27,608 nt of DNA from Paramicrosporidium saccamoebae KSL3 (Eukaryota > Fungi > Cryptomycota), in assembly GCA_002794465.1 (NCBI GenBank), contig MTSL01000073.1, positions 15,946 through 43,553 on the forward strand. Reading direction: 5' to 3'. How positions within the stretch are numbered: position 1 is the first letter of the stretch; each line of letters begins with the position of its first letter. Position numbers and translations under genes: made by a program. This document shows, in pieces, positions 19,252 to 27,607 of the stretch. The notes under the pieces were generated by a model, which did not search any database, had not been told where the DNA came from, and saw only the letters and a program-made list of their open reading frames with translations.

Positions 19252-20441
19252 ATGGAGACTGTCACGATCGTCGTTGCCGTAGTGTGTACAATTCTTGCTG
19301 GACTGATAGCCTGTTTAACGAGTGCAGAAGAGTTTCTGGGAGATCGTCGATGGTTCTCTGGTGTCAAGTTCCTCGCGTGCCTTGTTGTGCTCTTCGGCGG
19401 GCCGGTGGTAGCGGCAAATGCTGCCGCTTGGTCTTTTGCGGTTGGAGGAGCGTTACCCTGTGCCGCCATAGGAGTCCTAGTTGGGCGTCGGATGTACACG
19501 AATCGTCAGCAAGCACAACTTGTTGGGCGCCTGACCGAGTTGTGCCCTGACGCCACAATATGGGAAGCATCGATGGGCTTTTATCCGGCGTTATCGGTTT
19601 CTTATGGTGTACCTGTGTTTATCTATAGATTGCTGTGAGCCGCTATCAAGGGATTGGCCCCGAGATCATCCCAGAATTGCCAATTCAAATATTGGAAAGG
19701 GTCTTCACAGACCGATTAATGGAGTGCCAGCAGCTGTCTTTTGAGGACTTTAAGGCTGAATGTCTCCGCGGCATGTCATTTTACACTATGGATGACTTTG
19801 GGAGGAATGCTGCGCTGTTGCTTTTTGTAGAGACATCCCAACTCAAGGAATGCCGTGAATGGCTTATTGAGGCTGCAGTCTTATGGGAGGTGTGCAGCAA
19901 AATAGAAGATGAAGACGAGCTTATTTGTGCCATACGGTATATTTGGCACCATGATGTTTTTAGCCAAGACATCCGATCGAGCTTTACTTTTCACGCAGTA
20001 CGCAAAATGACCCCCGAGTCCAAAGAAGGCCTCTGTCAAGCTCTCCGTGCCAATCACAAAGGTGATGCATGGATTGCCATTCATTTCCCCGAGCCTTCAA
20101 ATATTAACAATGACACTGAGGCACCAAGCACAGACGACACCCCTTATAAGCCGTCAAATGTGGATAGCGCCCCCACTGACCCTGAGGCTTCTGTGCTGCC
20201 AAACGAGGAAAAAAATGCTCGAGCTGCAGGGGGGCCCATTGGAGGTATCAGGCTGGAGCGTTGGTCTTCCATGGGAAAGTACATGGAATGTCGATTTTGT
20301 AGATATCGACCCCCCAAGAGCCGGTGTATACCATCTGTTATCTACAAGGCCATGAAGCACATGTATCCATGGGCTCTGCGTTGTGGCAAGTGTGGATGTG
20401 GTGCTATGAGGTTTGGGCGGGTGAGTGATGTAGAAGGCTGA
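19252..20441 (+). CDS. Orphan ~385 aa protein: N-terminal TM helices, helical middle, C-terminal CxxC..CxxC; exons 19252-19596, 19629-20441
   Basis: A 32-nt GTTTCT..TATAG intron (19597-19628) joins the 128 aa and 268 aa ORFs in frame (FYPALS|IAVSRYQG); the second ORF begins with GTG and has no nearby ATG. C-terminus CRFC..CGKC. Confidence 0.7.
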
Positions 20442-20509
20442 TCAGCTGGATATTAAGGGATCATCATCTAGTTTGAATAAGACATGCTTGTGTGATAAAG
20501 TAGATCAAT

Positions 20510-20648
20510 TAGTTGGGTATTTTAGGATTACTACGTTGCTTGCGAGACCATAAATGGGTCGTTGGATTGACTGGATAAATTCTCTCCTTGTCCCATCTCG
20601 TCTCTTCCCGCCTAGCAAAGTCCGTGGTATCACTTACACTACACGACA
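20510..20648 (-). repeat. Dispersed non-coding element, copy B
   Basis: Reverse complement aligns to 5884-6025 (GGCGGGAAGAGACGAGATGGGAC..AGAATTTATCCAGTCAATCCAACGACCCATTTATGGTCTCGCAA) and to 6079-6095. Confidence 0.88.
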
Positions 20649-20734
20649 TTTGCGAACGAAACGATGAAGAATGGCACCACCACGAGTAGCAGCGGAGATG
20701 TAGATAATCTAAGATGACTAAAAGATGTAAGTTA

Positions 20735-20840
20735 CAATGAGAAACGAGAAGGGATGAAGAGAAGCGAGGAAAAAACTCATTTACTGCTAATCCAACGCCC
20801 CATTTATAGTTTCACAAATGACGCACTAAACCCTAAAATA
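20735..20840 (+). repeat. Dispersed non-coding element, copy C (diverged, inverted relative to copy B)
   Basis: AGAAACGAGAAG..AATCCAACGCCCCATTTATAGTTTCACAAATGAC..CCTAAAATA matches the family core and tail. Confidence 0.8.
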
Positions 20841-21030
20841 TTATAGATATCAATCTTCCACAATATCACATAAGTATGGTACTGATACAGTCTGTGCTTA
20901 CCGGTTGGTATAGCAGAACTGACAGTGGACTGAGTGAATTGCCATCAACCTCCCTAACACACTGTTCGACTATCATATATTTGTGTTTATTTAATAACCC
21001 AACAGTTGCCAGGCAAGTGCCCATGGTATA

Positions 21031-21846
21031 TTAAAACTCCGAAACGATTAGGATGGGACCTGTTATTGGACGACAACACGTACACCATAGTGCCAGAGTT
21101 TCATTGAGCCAGGGGGATTTTCCGTAGTGGTGAAACAGTAGCATTGCGTAATGTATCAAGAACAGCTCACCCTCGGGTCCTTCCATAATACCCATTGTAA
21201 TTCCGACAAATTTCCGAGTACACAACTTTCTGTCCAAGAACACCTTGTCTTGCCACAAATCAGCATCATCAAGACGGAGGGAGGCTGTGTGCAATAGCCC
21301 AATAAACACCGAGCCCATAAGAAAGAACAAGAGGGAGAGAGTACCGAGGAAATAGCCAGCGCAAAGCAATACTGCCAACAGTGCAAAAGGGATGGCATCA
21401 GTGAACAGGACGATAAGCCAGCCCAGCCATTTCTTGTATACCAACCTTCTACCAATACGGACATACCGCCTTCTCAAACAGAATACACTATCGGATTTAC
21501 CATAATAGCCGAGGGTCAAAGAATCGGGTGTATCCCAAACTGAGAACAGAAACCCGAAATGTTTCAAGTCGTGAAGACCATCGGACTGAAGCTTATCGCC
21601 AGGGCGAAATTTGGCGAGTGTTAAAGAACGTATACTGAAGCGTGAGAAGAGCCAGATATAAAAGAAGTATGGAATAAAGCCGGCCCAAATGGACGAATAG
21701 ATGATCCAGCCCCAGAAGGGATAGCACATGTTGACGGCGGTCCATATCATGAGCAACAACAAGAGCACATCGGTGATAATACAGAAGCATTTTACCAGTC
21801 TGGGGGCAATCGTGCTTCCCTTGGCAGGTCTAAATGTGAGATACAT
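21031..21846 (-). CDS. Orphan ~4-TM membrane protein (271 aa)
   Basis: ATG-initiated ORF with two pairs of hydrophobic helices separated by a basic loop; TATAAATA on the minus strand at 21927-21934; AATAAA downstream near 20987. Confidence 0.75.
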   Translation of the reverse strand: MYLTFRPAKGSTIAPRLVKCFCIITDVLLLLLMIWTAVNMCYPFWGWIIYSSIWAGFIPYFFYIWLFSRFSIRSLTLAKFRPGDKLQSDGLHDLKHFGFLFSVWDTPDSLTLGYYGKSDSVFCLRRRYVRIGRRLVYKKWLGWLIVLFTDAIPFALLAVLLCAGYFLGTLSLLFFLMGSVFIGLLHTASLRLDDADLWQDKVFLDRKLCTRKFVGITMGIMEGPEGELFLIHYAMLLFHHYGKSPWLNETLALWCTCCRPITGPILIVSEF

Positions 21847-22630
21847 TGTCGAACGGTGAGGCCGGGCCAGTTTTGTATGTATTATCGTCCAATAGGAGTG
21901 ACTCCTGAACGGTAATGTGGGATGGCTATTTATAAGTAGCGTGGCGATTGGATGGCGGCGTCGTTAACATGGCCACTTTATTGGTGGCCTTTGTTGAGAA
22001 TAAACCAATCGTGGTTGCGAGATAGTATAAAGGGTCTATTGAAGAGCGGATTTTCTATTGGAATATGTGATATATAGGCAGCCACTCTCAACACACCAAA
22101 TTGTGGGGCCGCATAAATATCTGGATCGGGGCCACCGATGACAAGCGGATGTTGTTTAACAGGGTTGCGTCATTAATTTCGCAGCGGTAAATTAACCTGA
22201 ATACATATTAGTTCAAGCCGATAAACTGGTACTAAACGAATTGGCGGGTGTCACTAGACGCCAAGGCCTTTGCTGACTCGCGGTGAACCAATTAGCAGAG
22301 TCAACACGTATTGATTATGGTCAGCAATCGCTGGCATTCAAGACTCTTCGTCTTGCTCCTGATGAGTCAACACTCGGTGTGGAGACTCTTACTATCACTG
22401 CTGCTATTATGTACAGTTCTTGCCGGACCGGTATCCTACTTCACAAGCGCAAAGACGATGTCCGAATCAACGACCATTTTCCCAAGCCTTCAAATGTTAG
22501 CAATGGCGAGTCTTGCCCCATAAAGGAAGGCGATACTTGATAAAAGGGGCTCGCTTGAAGTGTCACGATAAGGAGTTCCTGTATATAGGCTGTTGTATCA
22601 CCACGGGACACTGATGATGAACAAACCTTT

Positions 22631-22715
22631 CCCAGTCCAGTCCAGCCCAGTCCAGCCCAGTCCAGTCCAGTCCAGTCCAGCCCAGTCCAGTCCAGCCCAG
22701 TCCAGTCCAGTTCAG
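22631..22715. repeat. Pentamer microsatellite (YCCAG)16 plus TTCAG
   Basis: Sixteen TCCAG/CCCAG units at 22631-22710; explains the spurious PVQSS and WTGLG ORFs. Confidence 0.97.
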
Positions 22716-22790
22716 CCTAGTACAAATAACAATGCATTGATTCATGATGATTCAACTCTTTTACATCAAAATTTATTAGCTTCATGGTTC

Positions 22791-24809
22791 CTATTGTCGA
22801 CACATATCTGCCGCCCATCTTTCGGTATCTTTGCACTTGAACTTGGTTGGTCTTGTTCCACAAACCTTCCACATCCAATAAAAGGCATCATATCTCCATA
22901 TGTCCAACTTTCTTGTTATCCTATTAGCGACTTTTACAGTACATACCATTGACCGATCTTTTTCGTATATAACCTTTAAAATTCCAGCCCTACCTTCGGA
23001 GGCAGCCAGCTTTGCAATGTCTGGAGTTATAGGCAGGCCTTGTTCAAGTAGCCACAGGAACACCTTTACGTGGCCTAACTTGGCAGCACGTTGCATCATT
23101 TCTGGCTCAACCTTGTCGATATTGTACTTTGATGCAATTTGCTTGAGAGCTCGTAACATTGTCTCATCAGACACATTGTCGCACAGCGAATAAACCTTGC
23201 TCAGAAGTGGTCGTGTGCGTCCAATAAAGTTCTGAGATATCCACTCGATATCCTCCAGCTTATTATGTATGATGGCATAGGTAAAGCACTTTAATGCACT
23301 AATACACGGGCATTCAAGCGAAAACGCTATTTTGGCAATGTCGACTTTGGCAATCAACCGCAAAGCATAAAAATGGCCCGCTTTGCAGGCTTCTCTTATG
23401 TAATGATCATGCGGGATAGTTTGGAAACCTTTGTGAGCCAAATCGAGAATCTCATTATATCCACCCACTGCTGCAGCATTTGCTACATCTTGCCATGGAA
23501 AATCGACTGCTGATTCAGCATGCGCAGATTGCAACCCTTTCAAATTACCTTCTGCTGCCAACAACACAATGTGTTCCCAACGTGACAACGGAACATTGGT
23601 AACATCTCGAATATGCTTGATAGTTTCTTGAGAGCCAATATCCTTATAAGAGGCACGAATAACATGAGCCCAATTAGGCCGATCTCCAAAATTGGCGAAT
23701 ATCCATTTGATGATCTTTAAATGTCCTAGCCGACAGGCCTTGACCACCGACCCCAAAAAGAGGCTTGGTATTTTCTCCTTTTCGTGTAGCCACTCTAAAA
23801 TATCAGGATTGTCTCCTTCGATAGCAGCGTCACAGAGATTGTAATAGTTATAGGTGGAACAAAAAGCCTCTTGGGGTATTTCTTGCAAGAGTGCCAAGCA
23901 GTTATGCTTGGCGAGCCAGTGTGAGCATTCAATGTTGACTGTTGGAATGCCATTATTTAATATCAAACAGAGCCTTGGGATACGACTATAATCGATGCTG
24001 AAGAGATAGTGGAGCACTATGGCAGACTTGACTGCGTGAGGGGCAATATGGGTGGTGTCGGGATGAAAGTCTTTAACAAGGCCAGTGATCTGATCCATGA
24101 TACGGGCTGGCATATGTTTAACCATCAGGTCGACATTCATTGCTACATCTCGGACCATGTCTGGGTAGAGGCGATTAAGGATATTGACTGCATCAAATTC
24201 GATAATAGCACTGCGCAACTCTTCATTGGAAATGGTCTTGAAATACGATTCACAAGTGATTGTCTCAAAGAGTCCAGCGCTATCGGCTTTGACTATCATT
24301 CTCCAGAATTTGCCCCATTCAAATCTTTGCAAGTCCCACAGGGTCTGATCAAAAGCCGGAGTCTCCCAAATCATGGCCCAGAACCAATGCATCAATTCCT
24401 GATCATTTAGAATTAGGAAGCGTGGAATGCACTGCAGGATCTCATAGTGGCCGTTGTTGAGTGTCTGCTGCACTGCCTCTTTGGCATTCTCACCAGTGCT
24501 GTACCAGTTTGACACAACCACAACCGAGCGAAGCAACCCTTCTAATCGAGAAGGATCCTTGTTTACTCGAATGACACTATCCAGCAGTGCTGCTTGAAAC
24601 GCGAGAAGATCCAAGCTGCGAGTAGCGACATTCGTGTTCCCTGGTAAGTCAAAGTGTAGCGCCTCTATGCGAGTGGCTACTGATTCCAAGCCTAAATTCG
24701 GTGTGTCGCCCCAATCAGAGCCTTCCGAGCCCATTCCTCGGCTCAGGAATAGCACCAGTGGGATTGCTATAGTCCATATAATACGATGGACTACGTCAAA
24801 GAGCTTCAT
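22791..24809 (-). CDS. Signal-peptide protein with degenerate ankyrin-like repeats, paralogue A (672 aa)
   Basis: The track start at 24854 is TTG; first ATG is 24809 (MKLFDVVHRIIWTIAIPLVLFLSRGMG). Repeats of the A...G....L.WL type (AAIEGDNPDILEWLHEK; ACRLGHLKIIKWIF; AAKLGHVKVFLWLLEQG). Collinear with paralogue B; intronless. Confidence 0.85.
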   Translation of the reverse strand: MKLFDVVHRIIWTIAIPLVLFLSRGMGSEGSDWGDTPNLGLESVATRIEALHFDLPGNTNVATRSLDLLAFQAALLDSVIRVNKDPSRLEGLLRSVVVVSNWYSTGENAKEAVQQTLNNGHYEILQCIPRFLILNDQELMHWFWAMIWETPAFDQTLWDLQRFEWGKFWRMIVKADSAGLFETITCESYFKTISNEELRSAIIEFDAVNILNRLYPDMVRDVAMNVDLMVKHMPARIMDQITGLVKDFHPDTTHIAPHAVKSAIVLHYLFSIDYSRIPRLCLILNNGIPTVNIECSHWLAKHNCLALLQEIPQEAFCSTYNYYNLCDAAIEGDNPDILEWLHEKEKIPSLFLGSVVKACRLGHLKIIKWIFANFGDRPNWAHVIRASYKDIGSQETIKHIRDVTNVPLSRWEHIVLLAAEGNLKGLQSAHAESAVDFPWQDVANAAAVGGYNEILDLAHKGFQTIPHDHYIREACKAGHFYALRLIAKVDIAKIAFSLECPCISALKCFTYAIIHNKLEDIEWISQNFIGRTRPLLSKVYSLCDNVSDETMLRALKQIASKYNIDKVEPEMMQRAAKLGHVKVFLWLLEQGLPITPDIAKLAASEGRAGILKVIYEKDRSMVCTVKVANRITRKLDIWRYDAFYWMWKVCGTRPTKFKCKDTERWAADMCRQ

Positions 24810-25039
24810 TGCACGGCTGCGCCACTTTTTGCAAGCTGCCCATCTACTTGACAATTTGCATCTGATGAGCTGGCGATTTTAATTGGGCCGGTGAATCGAT
24901 CCGTCAGCGTAACACGGTGAGATGGAGAGAAAGATAAAGGCATACAATCGAACGCATACTGCTCCAATTTAACCCAAGTATGATTGCATTTTCACCTGGC
25001 TCAATTCTTTTAGAACAAACTTTATTCATGCAATGGCTC

Positions 25040-27109
25040 CTATTGTTTGCACATGTTCTCCACCCAAACTTTGGTGTCCTCGCAAATAAACTTGTTTGGT
25101 CTTATCCCATACGTCTTCCACATCCAATACAAAATGTCATATCCCCATAGATCCCGAGAACTTGCTGCCTCATTGGCGACCTCTATAGTGGACACTATAG
25201 ATGGATCGATTGTGTGTATTACCTTTAGAATTCCAATCTTTCCAGCCTTTGCGGCCTGTATTCCAATTTCTGGAGCTATGGCCAATCCTTGCTCAAGTAG
25301 CCACATAAAGACCTGAACATGCCCCAACTTTGCAGCATCTATCATCATTGTCGAGTCAGCCTTGGCCGCACCGTTTGCGTGTAATGTAATCTGTTTGAGG
25401 GCTTGTAGTGTTGCCTCATCGGACAGATTGCTACATGCTGAATAAACATTGCTCAGACTTGGGAGCGCATCCTTAAGGAGATTTTTCAATATCCACTCCA
25501 TATCATCTTGCTCTTTGTGCGTGGCGGCGTGGATAAAGTACTTTAATGCATCAGTGCCGGCAAGGCTGTCCGTAGGCACAATCATGGTGCGTTCAATTTT
25601 GTAAATCGAGCGCAGAAGTGAAAACTTGCCCATCTTACAGCCTCGTTCCAGAAAAGTACCCCACGGGAGATATTGGGACTTTTTGTAGACCCAATCGCAG
25701 ATTTTAGTGTGTCCGCCCATTGCTGCGACATTTGCTACTGCCTGCCACGGAAAATTTTCTTTCAAGTCAGCACGCGCAGTCTGCAGTGCTTTCAGGCTAC
25801 CCTCCGCTGCCAACAACTCTAAGTCTACCTTGCGTGACAGAGTAATACCGCACGTGTCTCGAAGAGATCTGATAATTCTACAAGAGTCATTGTTCTTGCA
25901 GGAATAACCAATCACTCTATCCCAGTCGATCTGATCTTTAAACTTGGTAAATGCCCATTCGACAGTGTTCGAATGGCCTAAATCGACTGCATCCGCCACT
26001 AAGCTTAGTGAAGGAACATCCATTTCCTTCATTTCGTTCAGCCATGCCAATACGTCAAGACTGCCGCTTGCGATAGCACGTGTACAGAGTAGGTTATGAG
26101 AACATTCGTAATTGGGGTTTTCCTGAAACATTTCTTGCAATAGCGACAAGCAGTTATGTTCGGTGAGCCAGACGTCACATCTGGTGTCAATTGTTGGTGC
26201 ACCATTTGTCAATCTCAGACAGAGCTTTGGGATGCGAGTATAGCCAATGCGAATGAGATAGTAGAGCACCTCGGCAGTTTTGACAGCGTGAGGGGCAATG
26301 TGGGTGGTGTCGGGGAGCAAATCTTTATCAGAAATAACGATTTGCTTCATGATGCGGGCAGGCATATGTTCGACCATCAAGCTGACATTTTTTTCAATCC
26401 CTTTGGCCATGTCGGGATAGTAACTGTTGAGAATATTGACCGCATCAGACATGATAATGCATTTGCGGATATCATGGTCGGAAATGTCCTTTAGAGACAA
26501 TTCGTTAATCACCATCATGTAAAAGTTAGGATTGTCGACCTTGAAGACTGTCTGCCAAAAGTTTTTCCACATAAATTGCTGCTTCTCCCACATGCCTAAA
26601 TCAAAGGCCCGAGTTCTATAGATTTTGGCCCAGAACCAATGTTTTTGTGCCTCATCCCCCCAATTAGTGCGCTGGGTAAAACATTTCAGGACTTTGTAGC
26701 AGCGAGTGTCGAGTGCTTGTTGCACTGCCTCTTCAAAGTTGCGGAGCGCGGGGCAGGCGGTCATTAAGACTAATGCTTCACGATAATGCTCTGCGATGAG
26801 CAGAGAATCGTCGCCTGCATCTTCACGACTCTTGTGAAGATATGAATCGAGGGATTTGAGATTCATTCTGCTTCCCATCTCCATCAACTCTTTGACATTG
26901 GTCACACTCGATGGGTCAATGTACAGCGACCCTATGCTAGTGGTCAGTCCGACCAGGCTCAGGTTCTCGTCATTTCCATCCGTGCCGGCCACGTGTGAGC
27001 CCATTCCTTGGCTCAGGAATAGCACCAGTGGAATTACTGCTGGCCATAGTATACGATGCACCATGCGAGGGAGCCTCATCGTATAATTACGCCACTCTCT
27101 GCCAGTCAT
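25040..27109 (-). CDS. Signal-peptide protein with degenerate ankyrin-like repeats, paralogue B (689 aa; start homologous to A is 27079)
   Basis: MRLPRMVHRILWPAVIPLVLFLSQGMG aligns without gaps to the paralogue A N-terminus; shared blocks HMPARIM, PDTTHIAPHAVK, HNCL.LLQE, LAAEG.LK.LQ, AAKLGHV.VF.WLLEQGL, YWMWK; intronless. Confidence 0.88.
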   Translation of the reverse strand: MTGREWRNYTMRLPRMVHRILWPAVIPLVLFLSQGMGSHVAGTDGNDENLSLVGLTTSIGSLYIDPSSVTNVKELMEMGSRMNLKSLDSYLHKSREDAGDDSLLIAEHYREALVLMTACPALRNFEEAVQQALDTRCYKVLKCFTQRTNWGDEAQKHWFWAKIYRTRAFDLGMWEKQQFMWKNFWQTVFKVDNPNFYMMVINELSLKDISDHDIRKCIIMSDAVNILNSYYPDMAKGIEKNVSLMVEHMPARIMKQIVISDKDLLPDTTHIAPHAVKTAEVLYYLIRIGYTRIPKLCLRLTNGAPTIDTRCDVWLTEHNCLSLLQEMFQENPNYECSHNLLCTRAIASGSLDVLAWLNEMKEMDVPSLSLVADAVDLGHSNTVEWAFTKFKDQIDWDRVIGYSCKNNDSCRIIRSLRDTCGITLSRKVDLELLAAEGSLKALQTARADLKENFPWQAVANVAAMGGHTKICDWVYKKSQYLPWGTFLERGCKMGKFSLLRSIYKIERTMIVPTDSLAGTDALKYFIHAATHKEQDDMEWILKNLLKDALPSLSNVYSACSNLSDEATLQALKQITLHANGAAKADSTMMIDAAKLGHVQVFMWLLEQGLAIAPEIGIQAAKAGKIGILKVIHTIDPSIVSTIEVANEAASSRDLWGYDILYWMWKTYGIRPNKFICEDTKVWVENMCKQ

Positions 27110-27295
27110 TTATCCAGACGGTAAATTGCAACTAATGGTTTGTCCGTTTTAATTGGGTGAATTGATCAGTTAATCTTGGCATAGCGGTCAAGTAGCAGAA
27201 TGATTGGCCGACTTTGCCGAACGAGGACACGTTCATTAGCAGCTTGGTTAGTATGTTCTGTATAGAGTCTTCACTACGAGAATCTCATAATATAT

Positions 27296-27607
27296 TCAGT
27301 CTGCATACGTTAACTTGTCTAGAGATGAGACGGCTTGTCCGTAAATCTCCATCTTTGGAAGGCTCTGATGAACAGGCTCGTTCACTGGTGCATTTTTTAC
27401 CATACTCCAAATTTGGTTGAACGGGTCATTTGGCTCTGCAAGTCCCCATTTCATGGGTTGACTCTCTGCACTCTCCTCGATGAGTTGTTGTGCTGCTACC
27501 ACAGGCTGCCCATAAACTGCGGTGATGATATATTCATACTCACCTGATCCAAACTCCCCGTGTCCACGATTATTGACTGGCTGGAATACCTTTAATGGCG
27601 CGATTAC
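27296..27607 (-). CDS. 3' end of an unidentified gene running off the window
   Basis: The minus frame is open from the window edge to the stop at 27296 (VIAPLKVFQPVNNRGHGEFGSGEYEYIITAVYGQPVVAAQQLIEES..LTYAD*). No family recognised. Confidence 0.45.
   Translation of the reverse strand, partial: VIAPLKVFQPVNNRGHGEFGSGEYEYIITAVYGQPVVAAQQLIEESAESQPMKWGLAEPNDPFNQIWSMVKNAPVNEPVHQSLPKMEIYGQAVSSLDKLTYAD

Noticed and set aside
22283-22540. 85 aa ORF
   Set aside because: Starts at GTG, has no early ATG or motif, and overlaps the more suggestive signal-peptide ORF in another frame.
22541-22560. AAAAGGGGCTCGCTT resembling the RNase MRP/P CR-V motif
   Set aside because: No complementary GAAAGTCCCC-type P4 strand was found upstream.
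22791-25054. C-terminal MCRQ/MCKQ of both paralogues as prenylation signals
   Set aside because: The Cys is third from the end, not fourth as CaaX requires.
27517-27543. Possible 27-nt intron GTGAGT..CCGCAG on the minus strand
   Set aside because: It ends in CAG while all 13 supported introns end in TAG, is a multiple of 3 and reads through without a stop. It cannot be excluded without RNA data.
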